A DNA stretch of 64,000 bases from Gnetum montanum (lineage: Eukaryota; Plantae; Gnetophyta): assembly GCA_015680685.1 (NCBI GenBank), contig MNCI01000125.1:47548-111547 (forward strand), in the 5' to 3' direction. Below, piece after piece: positions 12,678-25,840 of the stretch. The notes under the pieces were generated by a model that was not told where the DNA came from, did no database searches, and saw only the letters and a program-made list of their open reading frames with translations. The translations under genes were made by a program, and so were the position numbers. The first letter of the stretch is position 1; every line of letters starts with the position of its first letter.

Positions 12678-15600
12678 CCTATACCCAACCATATGAATCA
12701 CAAGCATGTACACATGATCTAGTCGAATTCCATGGGCACCTTCTAACTAAGTGGCCTATGTCTTAGATAGTAAAAATGTACGGTTATTGGTTATTATCTT
12801 CCCAATCATCACTTGTGTTAACTTCATCCATATGGCTCAGTGTGATTGAGGTGTAAGATATCTATACTTATTATTTTATTATTTTAAAACATACTAAGAA
12901 AGGAAGTGGGTAGAATATTAAACTTTAACTGATTAACAACTAAACTATCTTAAATGTGGAGCATCCATTCCTACTTTTTGTGCACATTCTCAACATATAC
13001 ACTAACCATTGGTTTACCAAGTGCTTACTGTTGGACGTACCAAGTATTTACTACTAGGATTACAAATCATTAGTACATTATGCTCAAAGTGGTCATACTC
13101 ATGTTACTTATGAAGTAAGATATTAACACTTAAGTACAAGAAAGTAAACTAAACTTAAACTAATCCAAGTGTTGCAATGGAGAGAAGAAATCTTGATTTT
13201 TTTTTTCATTCATGTAACTATGTCTAGGTACATCTTACACTTGAATAAAATTCTATATAATCAATTCAATCCACACTATAGGTACTTAGAAGAAAATTTC
13301 ACTAAGTCCTATAGAAAAAAAATGCAAGAGTTTGGCTAAGGGGATGAACAAAGATGCCTTAAATGTGGTTGGTGTGTGTGCTTATATAGGCTTTGGAAGG
13401 GTCAACATTGACACACATGTGTCAATGCATCTTAGGATGCATTGACAAGGCTACGTTAACAAGCATGCATCGACACAACTTATTGATTATTTATTATACC
13501 CCCATGACTAACTAAAAACTCGCACATGAGTGAAGAAAATGGGATTGAGTTTGTTATAAAATTTGAGAAAATATGGAGCTAACTAACTGACTTTAATAAA
13601 CACAACTCTTAAGTGCTATTTTGATTTATAATTTACATGGATATAAAATTAATGCAATGTACAAAGAATTGGGACACTTTGACAAAAATGATAGATGCCT
13701 ATTAGATGGATTAAGATGAGATAAATTTTTCACACCATGCTTGGAGGTGAAGGCTCCTATGGTGTAGAGGGTTCTTCGCTAGGTCCTTGCTTTGCTAGAG
13801 GCCTAGGTTGGCCTATTGCTACTGTCAAAAGTTGGAAAGCACCTAGAAGTGCCTTCATTTTTTTCTCCTTACCCTATGGGTCATGAATGATCCAAGTTGC
13901 TTCACCTAGATGTGCTAGCACTAGTATATCCCATGGGGTATGGTAGTGTGAAAAACATCTTCTTCATCTTAACAAACCAAGCTACAAATTGTTAAATTTG
14001 AAGTCAAACATATGGACAAGGTTCTGAAACTCTTGGTAGTAACTTATTCTTCTGGCCAAGTTCTCAAAAACTAATCTTTGGTAAGTGAATTTGCTTTTAA
14101 GAACTTCAAGATTTGCATTGACCATTTCTAACTTTTGTTTAGTATCCTTGTGGAGCTTGAACTTTGCCTCATAGAGGAGGTAAGAGCTGTCACTTGCTTT
14201 TCCAATTCTGATTTTGGCCTTCCTTCCTATTGTCAACATTATCAAGTTTACATATCATAGTTTGTAGAGTTCCATGTATTCTATCATCTCTTCAATCTGC
14301 AACTCTTTTAGGCAGAGTTTTGCTTAGTTGTATGTGTTAAAGCCATCAAAGATGGATTGCCACACATCACCTCTTTGTTAGAGTTGCTAAAGGGCCTCAT
14401 TCACCTTTGCCTTTGCTAACTTGATTTCTTTCTCATTAATTCTTTAAGCATTCCAACATCATTCCTACAATGATTTTTAACTTATTCATACTTCAAGACC
14501 TCATTTTTTCACGCAGTGACCTCAATTGTAGTCTTTTAGTCAAGGGCATGAACCTTTTTCATTGAGAGATTTCTATTATCCATAGCCAATCTTCTCAAGT
14601 TAAGGTTTACCTTGGAAAGCTGTTCCTACTAGTGGTGGATGTATTCAACCATTTGGTCCTTTTATTGTTCAACATTTCACAAGTAATGATTATCTTGGGT
14701 TAGCACTTAATTTTCCTCGTGAACTTGTTAAGGCCATGGCTAAAGGAATTCATCATTTCCTTCAACAATGTTGCATCAAAGATCACCATATTGTTTGCAT
14801 TTTGGGCCTCTTGTGATCTGTGCTAAAGCTATTGGAAAGCTTTCTCTCTAGTAAGCTCTAGCCTGAGGATGGCAAGGTCTGATAAGCAAGCTTTGAATGT
14901 TGCAACCTTGATGGCTGCAACCTTGATGGCCAATCATCAATTGCTAACGGTGGTCTCCTCAAGTTTTGCATTTGCGATTAATAGCTTACCTCTTATCTTT
15001 GGCAACTGTGAGTGACTAGTTGAAATATCTTTTGGGAGATTAAATATTTTCAAAATCAGTTGCTTGGCTTCCACTAGGCACTCCAATACTTCTTCATGTT
15101 GAGCTACACTGATCCCTTTGCTCCCTACTCCTACTAATGCTTGTAAATCTACCATGGCAACAACATCAGAGATAGATGTTGTAGGAGCATTTAGAGCTTC
15201 TTTAATTTGATTCACCACCACCTCTGCTACTGTCTCTTGGCCCTTGTGTGGCATAACTAGGATCGTCACTCCCTCACCTTCGTCCAATATCATAGAGAAG
15301 ACTACTGCATTTCTAGAAATTTCAAGAAATGCTTATCTTGGTATTGACATAGTGAATTTTCTAGTACTAGGATTAGAGTAAATGTGTGCTCATTTCTCTA
15401 TGAAGAGAACGACGAAGTCATTTCTATGTCAAACCAATTGATGGTTCTTGTAACCTTGTTTTGATGGCTCATAACTGGTCTATAAACTAAAAATTCTCCA
15501 CCACCTCTAGAGGCTAATTGTTGTTGCAAATTATGTTCTCAAAATTTCTTGAAGCATTGTGCAACTACTAGCATTTCTAGTATCATCTTTGATGCTATAG

Positions 15601-18600
15601 GTGGTGGTGGTTGTTGTTGTTCCTCTTGTTAAAGTTTGGTAGGTGCTTTTTCTTTCATCATTTCCTACCATAATTTGGAAGGAGCTTTGCGAACCACATC
15701 ATTAGAGTAGCAGGATATGCCTTCCCTTGTACAAAATTTTCTAAGAAAACATCAAAAGAGGAGTGTCTGCCTATCCTTCTCATTCTCCTTAAAATGCCTC
15801 TTTATTTCAAGGAAGATAAGCTAGGGTAGGTTGACTCTCATGAAATGTGTCCAGGTACAATGCCACTTGAATAAGACATCATACAATTGACTCAAATCTA
15901 CACTATAGGCATTCATTGACTATTCTCTAGGATTATAGAATAAAAGTACAAGAGTCTGGCTACAGTGTTGACTAAATGATGCCAAATACATGGTGGGTGC
16001 TTGCATATTTATAGGAAAATACAGGCATTGCATCAAGGGGGATACATTAACACATTTAGTTGTATCGACGGGGATGCATCAATGAGGCTACGTCAACACA
16101 TCTAAGATGTGTTACTAGTATATGCATCAACATATCTTCATTGACATATATGCATCGATGTATCTAAGATGTATCAACGAGGATGTGTTGACGAGGCTTT
16201 GTCGATGAGGATGCATTGATGTAGTTGCCTGACATATTAGGTCTCATCAATATTTCTACAAATTCTAGTAGGAAAACAAAGATAAAAAAAACCTTAAAAA
16301 AAAACATCTAGAAGATGACATTACCTTTGTTGCAACCCCTTAATAAGTTTGGGATGTCTAGCTAGAGGTCATGACACAAGTCACAATAAACTCTAATAAC
16401 CAACAGTAAAAATTCATCATAAGCCCTACCTAAAATTGTTGTTTCACCAATCCAATAAGGGTGCAATGCATATCTACACTCCATCAAAACCATGGGCAAG
16501 GACTTTAAAACAAGGAAAAAACTAGAAATGCAACTTAGAGCATAAAATAATAATGCTTTGATAAGGATTACAATCATAAAATTGTCATCTAACAAAACTA
16601 TGGAATAAATGCTAATCTAAAACTTTAATCTATCAATATTATGAAGAAGAAAGCTACTAAAATTTCAAACTAGGCCTTACATTTAGATCAAAACCAAAAG
16701 CCACAATTGTGCAAAAGATAAATCATTACAAATACACTTGATCTATGCACAAGTAGAATGTACACGCCCACGCAACAACATGAGACCATAAACCAACAAC
16801 AAACAAGAGAACTCACATATGCCATGCAACATACGCAAAAACACAAAAACTAATAGAACCATTAAGGACAAGCCTCTCACTTGGTTAACACCACATGAAG
16901 ACTAAAGAAGATGCGTACACAAAAACGCAACACCTAATACATCCATTAATGATAAGGCTCTCACTTGGTTAACATTACATGAAGACTTACAAAGACACAC
17001 ACAATAATGAACTAACTATGACATGCATGCATAGCAATCATGAACACATATACAACTATACTTGCACAACTATTAGAACTTTCACCTGTTAATCCAAAGG
17101 ATATCACAATGTACTACCTAGGCTTTAGTGTTGGACAGACATAAGTTTAGGCTTTCTAACCCTAACCCTAATCAACTTTTTTCATACTAAAGTAACTTGT
17201 AAAAAGCTAGCAAAGCCTAGATGTAAATTTTTAACTCATTAGAGCAACTTTCAAAAAGCTTGCAAAACCTAGATGTAAAGTTCTATCTTCCACACGTAGG
17301 TTGAAACCATAAGATAAAAGCTTCCTATTCTAACTAGCCATGTTGCTCTCTATAGAAATAAAAAAACTGCAACTTAGACTTTGCATACAAGATCTATTAA
17401 TTTTAACACAATTAACCAACTCTTTCACTACTAATGTAAACATAAAACAAGCAATATAAACTAATTAAAAACTTAATAAAACTAACCCATCTACATATAA
17501 GATATTCATCTATCAAAATCACATACATTGGACCATGATGCACATGTTGTTCATAATATAGATACGATCCTAACATTAAAATAAAATTCAAAGCATAAAA
17601 CCTCATCATCACACCTAATCAAGCATAATTAGGCTCAAGAGCAAATGCGTAACAAGCATAATAGATATATACCTATCGAAGTGAAAACTCATAAGCACTG
17701 GTCAACATGCATGGTATATGTCAACTCATTCAACTAGGTTAATGCAAAAGCATAAAATATCATAATGCATAAACAATACAAATGCATAATCAACACATAA
17801 TTACTTTAGCAAATACCACATCAATCTATCTAGCAAAAGCCTCCATAAGACTAGCATAAGAGAAATGCATATAGAGCTTAGAACTAAGGCAAAATGTTAC
17901 ATTTGTTTTTTATGGTCCATAATCATTTTTACTATTTTGCTCCTCCTAGTTTTTCTTTGTTATACAACTATTTCAACATTTTGTAAATTATTTTTTCTTT
18001 TTCCTCCACATTTGACTCATTTTTGTGCTTTTTTTTTCTTTAAATTTTCAACTTTCTCAATTTTTTGTGGCCTTGGTTTTGTTCCATCTTAGTATTGTTT
18101 TTAGTTTAATGTTTACTTGAGCAACAATGGTTCCATTGTGTGACAAGGAAGTTCACATAGCACTAAGAAAGTCTTATCATATTTATAATCTATGAAAACT
18201 ATGCTAACAAACATAATAGGTTGTTAAAACATTGTGTGAAGAATGCTTTCATATAACATGATCCTAATTTGGACCAACAAATTTATCAAGAAAAAACACA
18301 CTTCAACGTAACATGACGAACAAAATAATGATTCACAGGTGAAAGGAAAACTTGCATTTGCCTATATTTCAAAATCTGACTTTTAGTACACTAAACCCAA
18401 ATCTATTGTGATATTTTAATTCTAGCATTTATTAAAAAAATACTTGTATACTCAATAGAATTTATTAATATCAAACTTATGAAGTGTAATTACTGTGACT
18501 CTTTATACATTCGACTCTCTTAGAAAAAAAATTCCTAAATTTTGAAATCAATAAACAAAATATCCCTATTACCATGGTAAAAAAAAACTTTTTCTTTTAG

Positions 18601-18993
18601 CTTGATTATTTGGCTTGAAATCTATATTTTGCTAAATATTTAATGGTATTTTTAATCCAATATTCTAAGGATAACGGATTCCAATGAGAACCAAATCCTA
18701 TACTGCTCACCTATAGATTAAATATAAATTATACTAAAGAAAAAAAATACCATGCTACTGAATTAGCTATTGAACCATATAATAAAAGTTTAACATTTAC
18801 ACCATGATCAGCTTATATAGTGGATAAAGTTTCATGGATCAAATTTCTGAAGTCCCAAGTGATTTGGTAGGAAAGTTATTGGAGCGACGTTTTACAAAAT
18901 ATTTTAAATATTTTTTATTTCCCAATTTTTTATCTTTGGCTGTAAACCTGCTTTAACTGAGTCACAGCCAATGTGCTACATTTGTCCTAGTTA

Positions 18994-19383
18994 TAGCCAT
19001 CTTTGGGCACATTTACATAAATCATTAGCACTGTTGAATGTAAGAAAATAATTATGCAGAAAACCAAATGGCATGAGTAATCAAAGTACAAAATGTAGAA
19101 GCAAATGGCACAAGAAATTCACATGCAGAAATAACTAAAAATGCACAATTCTTGAGCAAATGGAACTAACCTCTAGCCATTGATGCCTTAGCCATCTTTG
19201 GGCACATTTACATAAATCATTAGCACTGTTGAATGTAAGAAAATAATTGTGCAGAAAACCAAATGACACGAGTAATCAAAGTACAAAATGCGGAAGCAAA
19301 TGGCATAAGAAATTCACATGCAGAAATAACTAAAAATGCACAATTCTTGAGCAAATGGAACTAACCTTCAACCATTGATGCCT
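18994..19383 (+). repeat. 195-bp diverged tandem duplication spanning the copia flank/LTR junction
   Basis: 18994-19188 vs 19189-19383. Both contain ttgaa|tgtaagaaaataatt, with several substitutions between copies. Confidence 0.9.
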
Positions 19384-22300
19384 CAGAATAAATTTGGCCC
19401 TTTGATTCTTCTTTCACACAGGTGCTTTGCAACAATGGTGTATGTAATCTTTAAGCGTCTATGAAAGGGGCTAGAACCGCAATCCTGCTATGTTTTGTTA
19501 TGCTTTTGTTCTCTTATCAAGAACGAATTTATAGGCCATGAGATCAGTTACCATAAGAGACCCAATGCCCATGCATAAAAAACCTGTTACTAAATATGGC
19601 GACCACATTGATGCATTAACCAACTCATAAAAACATGTTAGTGGGCATGGTGACCACTTTCATGCATTAACTAATCCATAAAATGCATTACTGAGCATGG
19701 TGGCCACTTTGATGCATTAACTAATGCATAAAGCACGTTAGTGGGTAACACATGCTACGATCTACCACTTGGTTTCCATGTTTAATCAAGTCCAAAGTTT
19801 AAGAAATAAGTGCACGAACAATGGCAATAGTTCCACTTAATGTAAGTATTATCTTCTATGTATTACAATGCTTTATCTCTCAAATGTAATTCATTATATG
19901 TTAACTTAACTTTATAAATAAACCCAATGTTCATTTTAGGTCCTGCCATATGTGTATTTTCTCTAATAACTATATGCACAAATCATATGAGAAAATAGCA
20001 CAAGTGAATAAAAGTTTCATTAAGATTGTAAGTTGCACATACAATAAATTACATTATAGAACCAAGTCTCATCCAAACTACATGATCCTTAAATGACTTC
20101 AATGGCATTCCTTTTGTCAAAGGATCAACTATCATTAATTTAGTGCTTATATGCACAATGACCACTTTATTTTCCTTAATACGTTCCCTTATGGCTAAGT
20201 ACTTGATGTTGATGTGTTTACTTCAACTGCCACTCTTATTATTCTTAACCATGAAGACAATAGCTAAATTGTCACAAAACATTCTTAATGACCTAGATAT
20301 AGAATCCACAATTCTATGCCCTGGCATGAAACTCTTTAACCATACACCATGTGAAGTAGCCTCAAAACAATAAACGAACTCTGCCTCCATGGTGAAAGTA
20401 GCAACCAAAGTTTGCTTTCCACTCCTCTAGGATATAGCTCCTCCAGCTAGCATAAAAACATAACTAGATGTTGATTTCCATGAATCAACACAACCAACAA
20501 AGTTTGAATTGGAGTAGCCAGTCACCTTCAAGGAGTCAGTTTATTTATACATCAACATGTAATCTTTTGTACCTTGAAGGTACCTCATCACTTCCTTTGC
20601 AATCGTCCAATGGTCAATACCTAGATTACTCTGATATTTGCCCAACATTTGCACAACAAATGCAATGTTAAGTCTTTTGCAAACTTGAGCATACAGAAGG
20701 CTTCTAACAACTGAAGCATATGAAATGTTGCTCATCTAACTTTTCTCTAAATCATTCTTAAGGCACTAGTTTAAATTGAACCTGTCACCCTTCACAATGG
20801 ATGCTGTACTTGGTGAACAATCTTTCATCCAAAACCTTTCTAAAACTTTATTGATATAGGTTTCCTACGACAGTCCCAGAATACATCTAAATCTGTCCCT
20901 ATGGATTTGTATGCCAATGACATAAGATGCCTCACCCATATCCTTCATGTCGAAATTCTTAGAGAGAAAATGTTTCACCTTGTATAGAAATCCACTATTA
21001 TTGATTGCAAGAAGGATATCATCCACATATAGAACAAGGAAATAGATTTTTCTCCCACTAACCTTTTGGTATATACATTGATCCATGATGTTTTCTTCAA
21101 AACCAAATGAAGTGATTATATCATGGAATTTTAAGTAACATTGACAGGAGGCCTATTTCAATCCATATATGGATTTCTTGAGCTTACATACCAATTGCTC
21201 ACCATCATTAAAAAAAATCCTTCAAGTGGTTTCATATAAACCTCTTCCTTTAGATCACCATTAAGGAATGTTGTTTTCACATCCATTTGATGTAATTCAA
21301 GATTAAAATGGGCAACCAATGCCATGATAACATGAAGGGAGTCCTTCTTAGATAAAGGAGAAAAGGTCTCTTTGTAATCTATTCCCTCTTTTTGAGTGAA
21401 CCCTTTAGCAACAAGTCTGGCCTTATATCTTTCAATGTTGCCTAATGAGTCTTTCTTAGTCTTGAAGACACATTTGCATCGAATGACTTTGACACCATTA
21501 GGCAACTTGACAAGATCCCAGACACCATTAGATGACATAGAGTTCATTTCATCTTTCATGGCATCATACACAAGTTAGATTCCTTACAACTCATGGCTTG
21601 TGAAAACGTTTCAGGATCATTTTCAGCTCCTATGTTGTAGTTAGACTCCTATAGATACACCACATAGTCACTAGGAATCGCTGATCACCTTAGTCTAGTA
21701 GATCTTCTTAATGTTGGTTCATCATTCTCATGAGGATCATGATGTTCAACAAGTTCTAGTATTTGTCGTTTACCTAGATCTACTACTTCTTGATCAGCAA
21801 TTTGTGGAACTTCAATGACTGGTTGTTGTTCAATACGCATTTGTGCTCTAGGAGTATTGTGCACAACAATCAATTTATCATTTGAAATAGTGGGTTGAAC
21901 ATCTGTATGATCTATCTCAGGAACAATGTTCCAAGATCTACTACTCCCACTAATCAAGTCATTCTCAAGAAATTTAGCATTCTTTAATTTCACAAACTTA
22001 GTAGTATGTGATGGGCAATAAAATCTATATCCCTTAGACCATTCAGGATATCCAACAAAATAGCTACTTATGGTCCTTGGGTCTAGTTTCTTTTCTTGTG
22101 GATTATAAACTCTTACTTCAAATGGGCATCCCCAAACACGTATATGCCACAAACTCGGTTTTCAACCTTTCCATAATTCAAATGGTGTCGTTAAGACAAC
22201 CTTGGCTGGAACTCGATTTAATATATACATGATTGTCTTAAGAGCTTCAGTTCACAAGGACTTAGGAAGCTTGGAGCCACTAAGCATACTTTGCACCATG

Positions 22301-25300
22301 TCCAATAATGTTTGGTTTTTTCTTTCTACCACATCATTCTCGTTTGGAGAACTAGGCATAGTGTACTAGGCAACAATTCTACGCTCTTGAAGAAACTTAG
22401 CAAATGGACCATGTGCTTGTCCATCATCAGTATATTTACCATAGTATTCACCACCTCTATCAAATCTCACTATCTTTAGTTGCTTACCACATTGTTTCTC
22501 TACTTCAGCCTTAAACACCTTAAAGGCATCTAAAGATTCACTCTTGATATGAAGCAAGTAGAGATACATATATCATGAGTAATCATCAATAAAGGTAGAA
22601 AATAATTTTGATCATACGCATCCATATCTAAACTACAAATATCTATATGTATGATCTCTAATATGTCTAAACTCCTCTTGGCATCTTTCTTTGACATATT
22701 AGTTTACTTTTCCTTTATGCAATCCACACAAGTGTCAAAGTCAATAAAATCTAGAGTGCTAAGTACTTCATCATTTACTAATCTTTTTATTTTCTCAATA
22801 GAGATATGTCCTAATCTACGATGCCACAACATAGAAGATTCATCGTTCATAACACATCTCTTAATGCCAGCATGAATATGCATAGAAGTATAAGAAGTTT
22901 CATTTTGTAAATTAATATTGAAAAGATCATCTATCAATGTACCATTTCTAATAAGTTCAGATCTATAATATAAACTAAATATAGCATTTGAAAAATTAAA
23001 GAAAAATCCCAATGATACAAGCCTTGAAATAGAAATTAAATTGCTTAAAAAAACTTGGAATATAAAATGCCTTTTCCAATTCTAAAATAAAACTACTACT
23101 TAAAACTAATATGCATGTTCTAATTGCCTGCACATGTGAGTGCATCTTGTTACCTGAATAGATGCATGACTCACTTCCCATTAGCTTTCTTAGGTTTTTC
23201 ACCCCTACAAGGAATTAGTAACATGAATTGTAAAACCAAAATCAATCCACCATGTATCATGGCCAACATCAACCATATTAGATTCAGAACAAACAAGTGA
23301 GAGTTGAGTACCTTTCTTGTCAAGTCATTTTTTATATTTAAAACAATCCTTCTTTATGTGCCCTTTCTTTTTGTAGAAAAAACATCTAGACTCTTCCAAC
23401 TTGTTCATGCAATTTAACGTTCCACTTGCCTTTGGCTTGTCCTTTATTCTTTCCTTGTGTAGCCAGATGCACACTCTCTTTTACTTCCATAGCAAGTCTC
23501 CCATTTTTTGCACACACATGGTCATTAGTTCATTGATTGACCATTTGTCCTTATGTGTTATAAGAAATCTTAAAGGGTCCATAATTACAATGGGAGCATG
23601 TTTAAGATATAGTGCACAAGGAATGATTCTAGCATCTCAACCTTAAGTGTTTTGAGTTGAGCTACTATATCCCTCATTTGCATGATGTGCTTATGCACAC
23701 CACAAATTTTAGTGAGCTTCATGGATGAGAACTTCATTATCAAGGTGCTAACCAACGCCTTGTCCAATGACTCAAATTGTTCATCAATGGCCTTTAACAA
23801 AGCGCACACATTGTCATATTGTTCTAGTAAACCATGTATACCAACCAAAATCTTGATTTTTATGAACATGACACAGAGACGATTAGATATCTTCCATTTT
23901 TCATAATTACCAATATCATTCGAACGACTAATTATTGTAACAACAAGTGGTTCATCCTTACGAATAGCATAATCAATGTCCATCTAGCTTAAATAAAAAA
24001 AAATTCTCTCCTTACACACCTTATAAGTATCACCCTTTAATTCAGGAATGTCACATTTAAAATCAAAGTAGCTTACAAGTTGTATAACTGCATAATCAAA
24101 CATGCTTATGTTACTAAATTTGAGGTTAAAATACCATAAAACATGTTTACCAATGTAAATCATGAAAAAAAAATGAATCAAATCACATAAAATTGCCTAT
24201 GGGCTAAATTTTAATTCAAACAAATTCATATATCATTACGATGAAACTATTAAATTATATTCCTTTTCTAAATCCCTGTGGGTAAATTAAGAAAAATAAT
24301 TTGAAACATCATCCTAATTAATCATATTAAATACAATAAAAAATCTTGTAGAATAAAATTTATCATATTACATATGATTAATCACAATTTTTAATGTTGT
24401 GTACCATATGTGATCCAAAAGCTCTTAGTACATAATTTGGCATAATTAAAGATCCTATGGCCACTCTCTAATTATACAAAATTATATAGCTCACTTGTTA
24501 TCATTCATATGCAGAAATTGATGCATACATATACAAAAATATCCATAAAATTGATAAATTACCAAATTCAACATGGCATAAACATAATTCATTCAATTAT
24601 TCCAACCCAAAGTGCCCAGGTGGAGGCCAAAGTGCCAAACAAAAACCCTATAGAACGAGGCTAATTCATTAGCTGACATGAAAAAACACAAGAAATCATA
24701 ATAACAATGATGAATGCTAGATATGCAAGCTAGAATGGAAAAAGCGCATACATAATTCACAAAATCTAGCTATGCGCAGAGGGAATAAACATCTTTTAAT
24801 CTTAAGACCACTCAAGTTAAACTAAATTGTGCTCAACCTTTGAAAACATTTACATAAGGAAAGGCTATTGCAGGCCAATGACGCAGACAATTGTCACACA
24901 AAGAAAATTGTAGACAACACAACCAGATCAGCTCTTCAAAACAACAAAAGAAAATATCCTCATTACCACAGCAGTAATGGTTTCTATTTTCCAAATTTAC
25001 GAAATGCAACAAAATGTGAGTGAAATCTCTTTCACTAGGAAAAACCAAAAGTAAGCGATCTTCCTCAAACTACAAAATGCAGAAATATTTATAAAAAAAC
25101 ACTATTTCCAAATTGCACCATCATCAAAAACCACATCAAAACAAAGATCTAACACTTCAATATCAAATGTAAGAAAATAATTGTGTAGAAAACTAGATGG
25201 CACAAACAATCAAAGTACAGAATGTAGAAGCAAATGGCACAAGAAATTCACATGCATAAATAACTGGAAATGCACAATTCTTGAGCAAATGAAACTAACC

Positions 25301-25711
25301 TCTTGCCATTGATGCCTTAGATTAAATTTGGCGTTCTGATTCTTCTTTCACATAGCCGCTCTGCAACACATAGCCGCTCTACAACAATGGTGTATGCAAT
25401 CTTCAAGCGTTTATAATAGGGACCAAAACTACAATCCTGTTGTATTTCGTGGTGCCTTTGTTCTCTAATCAAGAATGAATTTATAGGCCACAAAATTGAT
25501 TACCATAAGAGACCCAATGCCCATGTGTAAAAAATGCATTACTAGATATGAAGACCACATTGATGTGTTAACCAACTTATAAAAACACGTTAGTGGGCAT
25601 GGTGGCCACTTTCATACATTAACTAACCCATAAAACACATTAGTAGGCATGGTGGTCACTTTCATGCATTAACTAATGCATAAAGCACGTTAGTGGGTAA
25701 CGCATGCTACA
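19234..25711 (-). mobile_element. Full-length degenerate Ty1/copia retrotransposon (TAR/Angela-like). LTRs 19234-19759 and 25168-25711; TSD TTGAA
   Basis: Matching LTRs TGTAAG...GCTAC(A/G), PPT-like ccaagtggtagat, degenerate Met-type PBS. Domain order on -: gag (MDIDYAIRKDEP), protease, GAG-pre-integrase (LWHRRLGHIS), INT (DRGGEY), RT (ARLVAKGF, QMDVKT, LYVDD), RNaseH. Many stops and frameshifts. Confidence 0.95.
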
Positions 25712-25840
25712 TTGAAAGCTATAAATACACTGCTATGAACCAATTCTGTACCCTTCATCCTCAAAATTCTGTAACTGGAATTGAGTAAATTCAAAGCACA
25801 TTTTACTATACATTACATTAGCTTTTGCAACATGGCCATC

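Larger units (their letters stand above)
8689..16250 (-). mobile_element. Truncated Athila-like Ty3/gypsy copy 1: 3' LTR 8689-13496 (split by the hAT), PPT at ~13497-13512, degenerate extra coiled-coil ORF at ~13750-15800
   Basis: tgatgagcctggagtattcccaatacc//caaccatatgaatcacaagc matches the LTR ends at 33437, 47999 and 54537. The PPT complement tacccccatgacta follows. The internal region is homologous to 34560-35030. Confidence 0.75.

Noticed and set aside
17156-17172. Telomere-like (CCCTAA) repeats
   Set aside because: Only about 2.5 units inside TE-like DNA.
16300-18900. TE-like non-coding region with short internal duplications (16870-16995, 17195-17280)
   Set aside because: Probably retrotransposon UTR/LTR sequence, but I could not define termini, a TSD or a coding domain.
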